Shown: in pieces, positions 43,023 through 53,183 of the stretch
Position numbering within the stretch: the first letter of the stretch is position 1
How the letters are laid out: every line of letters begins with the position of its first letter
Origin: Andalucia godoyi And28
Taxonomy: Eukaryota; Protista; Jakobida
Length of the DNA: 64,000 nucleotides
NCBI GenBank assembly: GCA_009859145.1
Contig: VRVR01000040.1
Span: 120,460 to 184,459 of the forward strand
Direction: 5' to 3'
Translations under genes and position numbers: made by a program
The notes under the pieces: generated by a model
What the model was told of the DNA's origin: nothing
The model's input: the letters and a program-made list of their open reading frames with translations, nothing else
The model's database searches: none

Positions 43023-44060
43023 TCAACTGCGTTTTCCCGCAATAAGAGAAGGCCTGTCTGCTCCACCTAAATCCGATAGATTCTGTGTGCTGGAAGAATC
43101 GCCATCCGATGGAAGGACCGGTTGTTCCCCTTGTTTCCACACACATGCACATTCGTCCCAGGAAGCAGTTGCTAGCAATTCAGGATCATGAAGAGAGAAA
43201 TCCACACCCACAACGAATTCGGAATGATGCTCATATTTCTGCAACAGAGGATCACTCTGCGAAATGTCCCAAATGCACATTGACATGTCATACGAAGCAG
43301 ACGCCAGAATATTCTCATCATGAGGCGAAAACTTCACTCTTCGGACTGCATACGAGTGTCCCGTCAGAGTGTACAACGGCTCATCTGTGGACCGCAGATC
43401 CCAAACGCGAATAGTTCGATCAACGGAACCGGTGGCAACAATGTGTTCGTTATATTTGTTCCAATCCACGGTCAAAACCTCATATTTGTGTGCTTCGAAT
43501 GACAAAACAGAGTTCACAGCGTTAACATCCCAAATCTTCACAGAGAAATCTCCCGAAGCGGAAACGAACCGATCGTTGTCATGCGGTGACCAAATCGTTG
43601 CGTATACGCAATATTTGTGCTCGTCGAACGTCCGAAGTGATTCATCAGCGAAAACAGACCAAACTTTCACAGTGTCGTCCCAGGACCCCGTTACAATGGT
43701 GTCCTTTCCAACAAGATTCCAATCCACTGAATACACTTCTTGCTTGTGTTCTTCCAGAGACTTTAAAGGATTCTCAGCGGAGGTGATGTCCCACAGCTTC
43801 ATCGACCCGTCTCCACACACAGACACCAGTTGGTTCTCATTCTCTTCTGACCATGCGCAATCATAGCATCCATCCTGCGTGTCAAACTGCGCGATGCAGT
43901 CCATCGGTTGATTTGTCGACTTCGGATCAAACTCGAGCACAAACTGCCGACCATTTCCAACAATGCCAAAGTGCTGTGCAGCGGCCACAGCAATTCGGTT
44001 CTCTTCAAAGGGAGAGAATTCGACAGCATATCCGTGGTATCCTGTGCGATAAAATGGCAT
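43023..44060 (-). CDS. PEX7: Peroxisomal targeting signal 2 receptor (WD40)
   Basis: GYAVEFSPF...AAAQHFGIVGNGR N-terminal signature, DCAWSEENE, EHKQEVYSVDWN, HKYEVLTVDWNKY, HSYAVRRVKFSPH, HHSEFVVG. Confidence 0.95.
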   Translation of the reverse strand: MPFYRTGYHGYAVEFSPFEENRIAVAAAQHFGIVGNGRQFVLEFDPKSTNQPMDCIAQFDTQDGCYDCAWSEENENQLVSVCGDGSMKLWDITSAENPLKSLEEHKQEVYSVDWNLVGKDTIVTGSWDDTVKVWSVFADESLRTFDEHKYCVYATIWSPHDNDRFVSASGDFSVKIWDVNAVNSVLSFEAHKYEVLTVDWNKYNEHIVATGSVDRTIRVWDLRSTDEPLYTLTGHSYAVRRVKFSPHDENILASASYDMSMCIWDISQSDPLLQKYEHHSEFVVGVDFSLHDPELLATASWDECACVWKQGEQPVLPSDGDSSSTQNLSDLGGADRPSLIAGKRS

Positions 44061-44481
44061 CCTTGGTGTCTGCCGTTCCGCTTTCTCCGAGACAAATGGG
44101 CTGTGTGTGCGATTTGTGTTTCCAAAATCGCCTGGAAACAGCCCAGCAAGAAAATACATCGAGAACAAAAGAAACAGAATAAAGTGCTTTGCAACACTTT
44201 TGTGTGTACGACAGAAATTTGAAGACTTCCACTTTCACTTTGGTGCTCTTTTTGCAGTTTGCATGCACTGGCAAATGGAAAATAGTGTGATCGCGCAAGA
44301 GCAGGGAAGTCAGAACCCCTCAGAACTTGCTTTTATGGGAAAATCATCAACCGCTTTCGAAATCTGCTCGTCGGGTCGAGACGAGAGAGTCGAGACGGAA
44401 GCCAGTTCGTGTCCGTTGTCTTTTTGTTTTTCTTCCATGAAAATTATCCTAAAGAAAAAGTAAGAGTGCTCATTATAATTC

Positions 44482-46758
44482 ATGCAGTATTATCCAGCAG
44501 ACTTGCATATTCTCCCAGTAACGATGACAGATGATATTTGCTTTTCAGCTGACGCGCAAGTGGCTGCCCGGTTTTCTGGAGTTTCTCCATTGCCCTTGAG
44601 CATGCACTCCGTTTGCAGCAGCAGTTCCGGAGATGTGCTGTACACTTTTGGTGGTTGGAACGGTTCTGATCTTGTCAACTCATTTCATATGTTGTCCCTG
44701 AACACAAATCAGTGGACCTTTCTCAATCCCCAGGCTACCGGGACTCGTCCTTCTGCTCGGTGTTCCGCTGCAATGTGCTTTTCCCATATTTCCGAGTTTC
44801 GATCAGACTTTGTCTTTATCTTTGGTGGTACTTCGTCATCATCGCAGATTCTCGATGACTTCTTCATCTACAACGTTTTTTCCAAAGAATGGCGGCTTGT
44901 ATCTTCTGCCTCTTCTTGGCCTTCGGGTCTAATGTTTCCTTCTTGTTGTGTGCTTGCGGATCGTTACTTCGTCCTCTGCGGAATCGAGAATGGTTTTGAG
45001 AGCATGAAGTCTGTCGTTCTGTGGATGTGGGACGCCTTGGAAAACTCATGGTCGTTGATTTCGAGGAAAGACACAGAAGCGAAGTGTGCTCACTTGGTTC
45101 GGTTGGACAATTCCTCCTGCTTGGTAGTTCTTGGGAATTTACGAGTGGAGTTGTTAAAAATCGTTCCAAAGTCCAGTCACGTGAAGAGCACCTCGGCGTT
45201 TAGCGGGCACTCATTTGCGCTGCATTCGGTTTCTGTTAGTCCCGATATCCGCATTTCAAAATCGAAGTTTGGCACAGCGCTCTTGTCTGCCAATCCGTGC
45301 CGTGTTCTGATTCAAGGAGGCTGGAACGGAGAGCAATTTTTAGACGACATGCATGTCCTTTCGCTTCCAAGCACTCAACCAAATGGCAGTCTCCCTTTAG
45401 TTGCGACTCTGACGAGTACCTTGTGCAAGTGTGGTCCCGTCAAATCGTCGGATCGATACGGAACGTGTCTCATGAGGGCGGATCATGGAATGCTTTCCTT
45501 GCGCAATGAAATTTATTTGATTGGTGGTCGTTCAGGTGCTCTCGGTCGTGTTTCAAAGGATATTGTTCGCGTGATCAGCGGCTCGTTTGGAAATCATGAT
45601 CAATCAAAAGACGCTCAAGATGCAAGGTTGGGATCGCAAGTCCCACTGCTTCCCGTGGATTCTTCAGCTTCCGCTCTTTTGAACAAGAACAAGAGGACAC
45701 CTCTCTTTCTGGTGAATCGTGTTACTGAAGACTCCGTTGATGCGATGTATGACGAAATTAAGAAAATTGTGGCAGAGAAGTCTCGAAATTCGAAACCTGT
45801 TTTCGTCATGTCTCCTTCCGAGCATGCACGACAGGCCGTCACTGTTGAATCGTCCGGAGCGGCCCTTTTGCAACGGCGTCGATCATCCCGCCGAAAAGTG
45901 GTAGAGGATCTTGCTTCTTGTGCAGGGGATTTGCTGGGGGTGTTGTTTCCAACAGGTTTTGAATACAGTCAAGCAATTTCTCTTGCCACAACTGCTTCAC
46001 GGCCGTCTTCGCGGCCGGGTTCGGCGGCCTGTCGGAATGGCACGCGTCCTCACACCGCTGGATCCACGCGAAGCCCTGTGGACACTCGTCAGTTCGTGCG
46101 CCCTGCCAGTGGTCGACCGCTCTCTAGACCTCAAACCGCAGGAATGTCTCGCAGCACAGCTGATCGCCAGATCATCGAGGGGGCTGGCTCTCCAGCACGT
46201 ACCGTTGTGCGTCCTGCCTCCGCAGTCTCCTCCAACTCCGTGAAGCGGCCAAGCTCTGCGGTAAGTGCGGTGTCTTCTCCGTACTCCCGCCCTTCTTCCG
46301 CGTACGTTCCAATGTCTTCAACTGCTGCGTCTCGGCGAGAGTTGACGTCTACTGTGGAAATGATGCGTCTGTCGATTCGACGGAAACAGGAAGACTTTTC
46401 TGGACGAGTTCAAACTGGTGGGGCATTGCTTGCTTCCCGCCGAAGTGCCTCCATCTTGAGTAGTTCTGCGAATCCTGCTGACGAAGATGATGAATGCGGA
46501 ATTGTTGATGATGGCGACGACGAAGTGGATTCGTCAGTCGTTGCAGGGGGTCATGGATTAGAGTCTGCCGGGTTATCGAGGAAGGAAAAGGCTCGACTGA
46601 AAAAACAAAATGAAGAAATGCGTAAGAATTGGAAGAACGCGCAAGGCATGGGCCTTTCAGATGATGCCATCCATGGACTAATGCACGAAAGCATTGAGGA
46701 TATGGTGCAAGGTCTTAACCATATCGGCTCTCAGAAAGCCATTCGATCACCAGTGTGA
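44482..46758 (+). CDS. Kelch-repeat protein with Ser/Arg-rich RPxS/T-repeat C-terminus
   Basis: Kelch blades (LYTFGGWNG, PSARCSAAM, VFIFGG, VLIQGGWNG, IYLIGG) followed by a low-complexity tail. Confidence 0.82.
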   Translation: MQYYPADLHILPVTMTDDICFSADAQVAARFSGVSPLPLSMHSVCSSSSGDVLYTFGGWNGSDLVNSFHMLSLNTNQWTFLNPQATGTRPSARCSAAMCFSHISEFRSDFVFIFGGTSSSSQILDDFFIYNVFSKEWRLVSSASSWPSGLMFPSCCVLADRYFVLCGIENGFESMKSVVLWMWDALENSWSLISRKDTEAKCAHLVRLDNSSCLVVLGNLRVELLKIVPKSSHVKSTSAFSGHSFALHSVSVSPDIRISKSKFGTALLSANPCRVLIQGGWNGEQFLDDMHVLSLPSTQPNGSLPLVATLTSTLCKCGPVKSSDRYGTCLMRADHGMLSLRNEIYLIGGRSGALGRVSKDIVRVISGSFGNHDQSKDAQDARLGSQVPLLPVDSSASALLNKNKRTPLFLVNRVTEDSVDAMYDEIKKIVAEKSRNSKPVFVMSPSEHARQAVTVESSGAALLQRRRSSRRKVVEDLASCAGDLLGVLFPTGFEYSQAISLATTASRPSSRPGSAACRNGTRPHTAGSTRSPVDTRQFVRPASGRPLSRPQTAGMSRSTADRQIIEGAGSPARTVVRPASAVSSNSVKRPSSAVSAVSSPYSRPSSAYVPMSSTAASRRELTSTVEMMRLSIRRKQEDFSGRVQTGGALLASRRSASILSSSANPADEDDECGIVDDGDDEVDSSVVAGGHGLESAGLSRKEKARLKKQNEEMRKNWKNAQGMGLSDDAIHGLMHESIEDMVQGLNHIGSQKAIRSPV

Positions 46759-46826
46759 TGGATATCTATTTTACATAGTTTTAAAAAAAGAAGAAAGAAG
46801 ACTGCGGTTTCGTGTGCGTCCGCGAC

Positions 46827-47213
46827 TTACTCACCTTTCTTGCCTATTCCGAGCTGTTTCTCCATGGATTCAGACACTCCGCCAACAGGCAATTCTCGTC
46901 CAATTTCCTGAGCACCAACACCGAACCAGTCACCAACAGTAAGCTGCAAATCGCTTCCATCCAACGAGTCAAACGCCGCGTACGAGTTCTTCAACCCTCC
47001 GAGACGCAACGGCTTGGAGACAATCGACTTCTCCAAATGTTTGGCAATCGGAAAATGCGCTCCGTACATCGAAGCCAGCATAATATCCTTTTCCGTTTCA
47101 ACTCGCTGTGCTCCAGACGTCAGTGCGGTATGCACCGGGTGAATGGGGGTATGAGAAATTCTCTGATTTGCAAGTCCTTCACGGAGAGGATCAGGTCGCG
47201 CGCGAAACTCCAT
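46827..47213 (-). CDS. POMP: Proteasome maturation factor UMP1/POMP
   Basis: HPV...MYGAHFPIAKHLEKSIVSKPLRLGGLKNSYAAFDSLDGSD...DW, ending SMEKQLG, as in the UMP1 family. Confidence 0.8.
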   Translation of the reverse strand: MEFRARPDPLREGLANQRISHTPIHPVHTALTSGAQRVETEKDIMLASMYGAHFPIAKHLEKSIVSKPLRLGGLKNSYAAFDSLDGSDLQLTVGDWFGVGAQEIGRELPVGGVSESMEKQLGIGKKGE

Positions 47214-47586
47214 TCTCTGCGTTTTGAAACCAATAAAAAACGGCACCCACTCCCACACCCACAAAGAATTATAGAGGTATTGACAAAAGGAGAAGGAAAA
47301 ACTAAACGATTTAAAGGGGAAAAGTCCAAGATAGTTATCACAAAAAACACCACCCTGTCTTTCAAATCTGCAGTCTGACTTGACTTGAACATTTGTTTTT
47401 TCTTTTCTTTTGTTTGTGCTTGAGGACGTGCTTGCAGTTTAGCCAATTCTACGACGGCTTTCTCGCTCTCCCCATCACTCCCTCCAGAAAATGTAAAAAA
47501 ATCAACAAGATAAATAAAAATGTTGGACATTAGCACATGGATCATGGAAGCGAAATTTAGTTCGGCAATTTACAATGTTGATCTGC

Positions 47587-48315
47587 TCAAAGATACATCC
47601 ACAGCATAATCCAAACGTAGATTAGATGGACAAAGGCACGAAAGAAAGCCCACAACATTCTGAGAAGAGGCGATGAGCCTGCAGAATTATCCGACACGAA
47701 CCCCGCAAGGTCGATGAGCCCAAACGCTCCACCGATGGCAATCCAACCGATTCCAGATGCCAAAGCAAGCACCAATGATGCAAGAGCATATCCGCTCTTT
47801 GCAATAGAGCTAATCACAAGGCCTGTATTTTCAGAACCTGGGGTTTGTGAGCTACCTTGTGCATTCGGGAAAAAGAAAACAAAGCAAAAGTCTACAAAAA
47901 GGGCAACAAACAAATATGTTGCAATGGATTGCAGAGAAACAAGAAGCCCCAGAGCGGCAGCTATGACGCATGGTCCGTATAAATCGGAACGAAGTTTTGG
48001 AAGAGACTTTGCGGGACCTTCTGATACGGGGATTTCCAGAGAAGAACCAGGATCCACAGACACATAGCGGGATTCAACGAATCGATCGACAGGGGAATTG
48101 CGTGGAACGATGGAAGCACCAAGAGAAAATAGTACAGTTCGCAGAGGCACATCAAGAAAGGGCTTCAGTGTGGAGTCGATGGAAAATCGATGCAAAAAAC
48201 CAGTCGACGACGACGACGAGTCAGGTGCCGGGCCGGAACTGGGTTGTGCGGCGCCGAAAGAAGCCGAGCCTGGGTAGGGCGTCTGAGCGTGGGATGTGGA
48301 ATCGCTCGGAAGCAT
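47587..48315 (-). CDS. Yip1-domain-like multipass membrane protein
   Basis: FLDV...VL.SL...P followed by SDLYGP and several hydrophobic helices. Confidence 0.65.
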   Translation of the reverse strand: MLPSDSTSHAQTPYPGSASFGAAQPSSGPAPDSSSSSTGFLHRFSIDSTLKPFLDVPLRTVLFSLGASIVPRNSPVDRFVESRYVSVDPGSSLEIPVSEGPAKSLPKLRSDLYGPCVIAAALGLLVSLQSIATYLFVALFVDFCFVFFFPNAQGSSQTPGSENTGLVISSIAKSGYALASLVLALASGIGWIAIGGAFGLIDLAGFVSDNSAGSSPLLRMLWAFFRAFVHLIYVWIMLWMYL

Positions 48316-48549
48316 GTTTTATCTCTCGATACACTCAGAGTGAAGGGGGAAAAAAACTTAAAAAACACTTAAAAAAACATCAACAGAAAATTAAAAAACA
48401 GAGAAGCAGCACTTCACAAAACAACTCTAAATCCAGGACACAAAATTCAGACGGACACAAGTGATCACTTTTTTGCTTGTGTCGAAAGATGTAGACTCGT
48501 CTTTCCGCAGTCCTCTTCCACACGGTTTTTTAAACGACAGTTTGCAGCG

Positions 48550-48940
48550 CCTACATTATACACTGAACATGCCTAACTATGAACAGACATGCATATTCAA
48601 CCATGCATCCCCGTTGCCGGGAAGGGGATAGGCCCCCCAACACGCCTCACGGCGTTCTTCAGATAAATGTTCTGCGCTCCGTTCCCAATCTCGATCAATC
48701 GGCGAGCTGCACGCGGGACATGCAAACCACTTCGCTTGCGCCGCTCGCGATACCCGGTCGCCTTATGGAACAAAACGTTGCAAAAAGTGAAACCAACGAA
48801 TGATAGAATAGATGGCTACGGATGCTGCGTTAAAGAGTGTCGAACATGCAGAGCCTGTGTCACCGGCTGAATTTTGGCCGAGCGCGCGTAAGCACGAATT
48901 CCCCTGTGAAACAAAACGTGCTGGTGTCGGTCAGTATTGA
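48550..48940 (-). mobile_element. Non-autonomous Fanzor/TnpB-derived element, copy 2 (internally deleted)
   Basis: The reverse complement aligns end to end with 16560-17021 (roughly 90% identical by eye), shares the extra-G frameshift in GATCGAGATTGGGAAC, and lacks about 74 nt equivalent to 16756-16829. Confidence 0.85.
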
Positions 48941-49309
48941 CCGTGTCTGTTCATGTATACTTCCTTCCGTATGCATGACAATGACGTGTTATTATTCAGC
49001 GGCGCACCATTCAAAACCTGACATCTGCATTCGGCGAGCATGGACAACGATGCCCGTCTGCCCGAAATGAATGGTGCGTCACTCGCCGGAGAAACGGAAT
49101 ATGTTTCGATTTCGTAGCGCATCCTGATGTAATATGAGGAGTCTCCTGTGAAGGTTTTTACGCGTCGCTGATGCAGTTTCCTGAAAAGAAAAAGAAAAAG
49201 AAAAATAAAAAGAAAAATGAATTTTAAAAAAAAGAATATTAGGAAAAAAAAAATAAGCGCTGGCGCGTCACTTTGTGATCATTGTCACAACAAGCCGGTC
49301 GGACGTGCC

Positions 49310-50056
49310 TCAATTTGAAATGTTCCTGCAAAACAGGTGCTGCTCCTGAGTGGAAAGGACTATGTCGGACATGGACATCGCCTCGTCCACTGAATCGTAA
49401 GGAATCTCGAAGAAATAGTCCCATGCTCCCCCGCGAGTTGCTCGAACTCGGAGATAGTAAATCGGGAACTTGAAGATCAAAACACAATAGACAACCATCA
49501 GTAAAAGACCGTAGATGAGAGCGGAAACGGTGAGCGCGTTGTGCAAATACGTGAATGAGTAGAAGCCGATGGCCAAAAGAATGAGGGAAACCACCAAAAT
49601 CCAGTTTCTCATTCCGCTTTGCACGCGCACGTGGGAAATATCACGAATCCAGATTGCACGCTCGCTGTTCCACTTGGGGGCAATGCCAGCGTACGCAGAC
49701 ATTGATCGGTAAACGAAGCGATTGGTTGTCAGGACTGCAACTTTGCGGCGCCATCCAGTGAACCGGACGTAGCAACCAATAAGCAGCAGAACGGCAGCCA
49801 GACATCCATGTGCGATGGCATAGGATGTGTAGCCTCCAGCACCACCAGCAATGACAGCGGCCAACTGGATCAGACCCAGAATCAGGATCCGCTTTGGTCC
49901 TTTTGACGTGTGATCGCTGACTTTGACGATTTTTTCCTTGTCAGAAAGCAGAGGAAGATTGTGCGGTTGGAAATCCCATCCTGAACGGCCGCTTGCGAAG
50001 CGGGTGGCCACCTGAGACTCGCTCGCGTCCGTTCCGTAACTCTGGTATTGGTTCAT
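49310..50056 (-). CDS. Uncharacterised 4-TM membrane protein, tandem paralog A
   Basis: Two TM hairpins interleaved with a LTTNRFVYR...IWIRDI beta-rich segment; clearly similar to the neighbouring gene (GWDFQP.NLPL shared). Confidence 0.82.
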   Translation of the reverse strand: MNQYQSYGTDASESQVATRFASGRSGWDFQPHNLPLLSDKEKIVKVSDHTSKGPKRILILGLIQLAAVIAGGAGGYTSYAIAHGCLAAVLLLIGCYVRFTGWRRKVAVLTTNRFVYRSMSAYAGIAPKWNSERAIWIRDISHVRVQSGMRNWILVVSLILLAIGFYSFTYLHNALTVSALIYGLLLMVVYCVLIFKFPIYYLRVRATRGGAWDYFFEIPYDSVDEAMSMSDIVLSTQEQHLFCRNISN

Positions 50057-50370
50057 TCGTTTTTCTTATGTGTTGCTACTGAACACAGTCAACGGACAGA
50101 CTTTTTTTAATAAAGACACGGTACTGACCCAGTGTCAAAAGTACAAGCCGAACAGCGAACATGTATCATATCTCTGACTCTTGAAAAAATGTCACTCATG
50201 CGTCATGACACCGAGAGCCGGAGTGTGTGGACCCGCTTGGCTGCCACACGGCGGCTACTGGCTTTGGATCCAATTGACAGGTTCGATGTATGCTGCAATA
50301 CCTTTTACGGGCTGCGGAATCGCAAATCCATTTCTTGTTTTGTTTTGAAACTCAACACTCAAAAGAATCT

Positions 50371-51162
50371 TTAGTAATGCTGTGCCTGCGACAGCGATTG
50401 AGACTGCGAAGCAGATACACAGTTACCAGCAAGCTTCGCACAGCATTCGGCTTGAACGGCCATGACAGTATCTGCAACCGAAAATGCATCGTCAGACAAC
50501 TGGTAAGGGATCGAGATAGTATAGTCCCAAGAACCTCCGCGAGTCGCCCGCACACGGAGGTAGAACAAGGGGAGTCGGAAGACTTGATAGACGTAGATAG
50601 CAAAGAGAATGATTCCGTAAATGAGACACAGCACAGTCTCCGGGCTGTGATCACGTGTGAAAGAAAAGAAGCCAATCAAAAGAAGGATCAGTGCAATGAT
50701 CAACAACCAGTTTCTCCATTTAGGGCGGACTTCCACGGAGGCAATATCGCGAATCCAGACGGTACGTTCCTTGTTGTGCTTGTGATCAAGCCCTGCATAC
50801 GTTGACATGGAGCGATAAACAAAGCGATCCGTAGTGAGAATCATGGTACGTCGGCGCTGACCGGTGAACCGGTTATAAACACCCAAAACGATGAGAACGA
50901 CAGAGAACACACCATGCGCAATGGCGAACGAATCAAAACCACCAATTGCGGCAAGAATCGCAAAAATCACTTGGATAACACCGATAACCAGAAACCAAGG
51001 CGACCCTTTGCGATACTGGTCCGTGACTTTCACGATCCGTTCTGATTGTGACACAAGCGGAAGATTGAACGGCTGGAAATCCCATCCTGCACGACCAACC
51101 ACATATCGCGTTGCTTGCTGGCCAGCTGGGGCTGTGCCCGACATGTTTTGATACGAATCCAT
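50371..51162 (-). CDS. Uncharacterised 4-TM membrane protein, tandem paralog B
   Basis: Same architecture and motifs (GWDFQPFNLPL, LTTDRFVYRSMS, LRVRATRGG.WDY). Confidence 0.82.
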   Translation of the reverse strand: MDSYQNMSGTAPAGQQATRYVVGRAGWDFQPFNLPLVSQSERIVKVTDQYRKGSPWFLVIGVIQVIFAILAAIGGFDSFAIAHGVFSVVLIVLGVYNRFTGQRRRTMILTTDRFVYRSMSTYAGLDHKHNKERTVWIRDIASVEVRPKWRNWLLIIALILLLIGFFSFTRDHSPETVLCLIYGIILFAIYVYQVFRLPLFYLRVRATRGGSWDYTISIPYQLSDDAFSVADTVMAVQAECCAKLAGNCVSASQSQSLSQAQHY

Positions 51163-51579
51163 GATCACGAAAACAAATTCAATATGGGTCAAAAGTTTCA
51201 AAGAAATCCCGACTCAAAAAGAACGACAAAGGAATAAAACAGAAAAACGATCCGGGTGCGAGAAAAGAGGGCGAGCACAATGCATTCGTCTGTCCGCCGA
51301 GTTGCAGACTGCGCGGCGGGCGGCTGACAGAGATGCTGCGGCAATTGCCAACTGAGAAGGTCCTTTGTGCCCCCCCCGGGCCACGGCAACCAGCCCGAAT
51401 TTGTTCGGAGGTTTCCATGTGGACTGCTCCGTCCCGGCTGTCGTTTCCTTTCAGGTTGTCCACTGGTGGTCGCACGGGCAAATGCATATCGTACAGGCCC
51501 CAACAGGACAAAAAGAAGGGGGAAAAAACAAGAGAGCTGCTCGGCTAACGAATCTAAAGATTTACAAATTATTCCGGAT

Positions 51580-52722
51580 TCATCGAAGAGCTACACCAAA
51601 CCGGCTGACGACGGTCGATCTCAATTTTTCCTGAAGTTCCCCAGTTTCCTGGTTTGTCAAGGTCTTGTCAACAGCGCAATAGTTGATGCGGAAACATTTG
51701 CTCAGCTGGCCAGTCATTGGGTGTGTGAACTGATCAATGCAAACGACGCTCTCAGCCAGATCACCTGCAATGCTGCGCACTACCTCAAAGAAGTCGTTGT
51801 CGCTCCAAACTTTCTGAACGTCTTGTGGTAGCCAAAACGAGATGTCCTTGTAGCAAGCAGGGTACTTTGAGAATGGCTGGAACTTGGAAATCTTGCCTTC
51901 TTCGAACTGTTTGAGGAATCGCGAATCATTTGACCAAAACAATCTGATATCCGGGATTTCAAACAGCACCATCGCAAGTCGTTCCAATCCAAGACCGAAA
52001 GCCCAGCCGATTTCGGGATGCCTACTCACGTTCTTGACTAGATCCCTGTGAACAACACCGCAGCCCAAGCACTCCATCCACTTTCCTCCGTAAAACACCT
52101 CGAGCTCGAATGAAGGATCTGTGAATGGAAAGTATGCATCTACCCATCGCATTTCCGCCGCCATACCAAATAATGAGCGACACAGTCTTTCCAAACTTGT
52201 TTTGAGATCGTTCACAACATTGTCAACAGAAGTCCCTGCTGGGAACATACGCAATCCCTCGCATTGATGGAACGCCATGTAATGAGTCTGGTCGATTTCG
52301 TCTCGTCTGAAGACATCGCCGATAACCAAGAAAGGGTCCTTGCGAGAAGAAAGCAGCTGATATTGATGAGCACTTGTATGGGTTCGAAGCACAGTGTTTT
52401 CATTCACATAGTATGTGTCAGACTGACTCCGAGAAATATGGGTTTTGGGAAACAATAAACGATCAAAGTTATCCTGAACGGACACGACTGGAGGAAGATT
52501 TGAGAAAACGTTGAAATCTGGAAAGCAAGCTTCAACTTTGGAACGCAAAATGGACAATGGATGATTCGAGAGCAAATGCAGATTTCTTCCAACGCGAGAC
52601 GCAACTGACTCGGAAATGTTGCATGCATGATCCGTCGGAACTCCAAGAACCGATTTTGGCACAGTCGACGAGAAGGACCGCCGAATGAGCTGCCCGCTCG
52701 TGATGCAAACAGACCGAAGCAT
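51580..52722 (-). CDS. FARS2: Mitochondrial monomeric phenylalanyl-tRNA synthetase
   Basis: Presequence MLRSVCITSGQLIRRSFS; HPLS; NFDRLLFPKTHISRSQSDTYY; LRTHTSAHQ; GDVFRRDEIDQTHY; FPFTDPSFELE; GWAFGLGLERLAM; C-terminal FDX-ACB domain. Confidence 0.96.
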   Translation of the reverse strand: MLRSVCITSGQLIRRSFSSTVPKSVLGVPTDHACNISESVASRVGRNLHLLSNHPLSILRSKVEACFPDFNVFSNLPPVVSVQDNFDRLLFPKTHISRSQSDTYYVNENTVLRTHTSAHQYQLLSSRKDPFLVIGDVFRRDEIDQTHYMAFHQCEGLRMFPAGTSVDNVVNDLKTSLERLCRSLFGMAAEMRWVDAYFPFTDPSFELEVFYGGKWMECLGCGVVHRDLVKNVSRHPEIGWAFGLGLERLAMVLFEIPDIRLFWSNDSRFLKQFEEGKISKFQPFSKYPACYKDISFWLPQDVQKVWSDNDFFEVVRSIAGDLAESVVCIDQFTHPMTGQLSKCFRINYCAVDKTLTNQETGELQEKLRSTVVSRFGVALR

Positions 52723-53183
52723 ATGTGTTTTTTAATGGAAATCTCAAAAAAAAAACACACACACACACAAACAAAAAAGACACAAAAAACAACAGCAGCA
52801 CACGTTTGCACACAAACCAAACAAAATTCGCATTTTGCCCCAAGAAAAGCTGCTGAAAAAAAATCGTCAGCTTTTTGCTCATGTTCGTTTGTGGCAACGA
52901 CTCGAGTGGTTGGCCTTGTCTCTCACGAGTTTTTTTAGGTTACGACGGGCACAAACTTCGCCTGCACAATTCTGGCCCCGCCCTCGGAGGATCGGGCAGT
53001 CAAACTGTCAAAGCAGTGCCGCAGTGCCGCAGTACCGCAGTGCCAGATGTTCCTTTTCAAGGATTTCATATCAGCTGTTTAATGGATATCGCATGGAAAT
53101 GGTCGCGGAAAGTGGGACGCATTTCGTTTCGATACAATGTACATTCTAGGCTTGGCGTATTCCTCTATGTGCACCAGTTCTCA

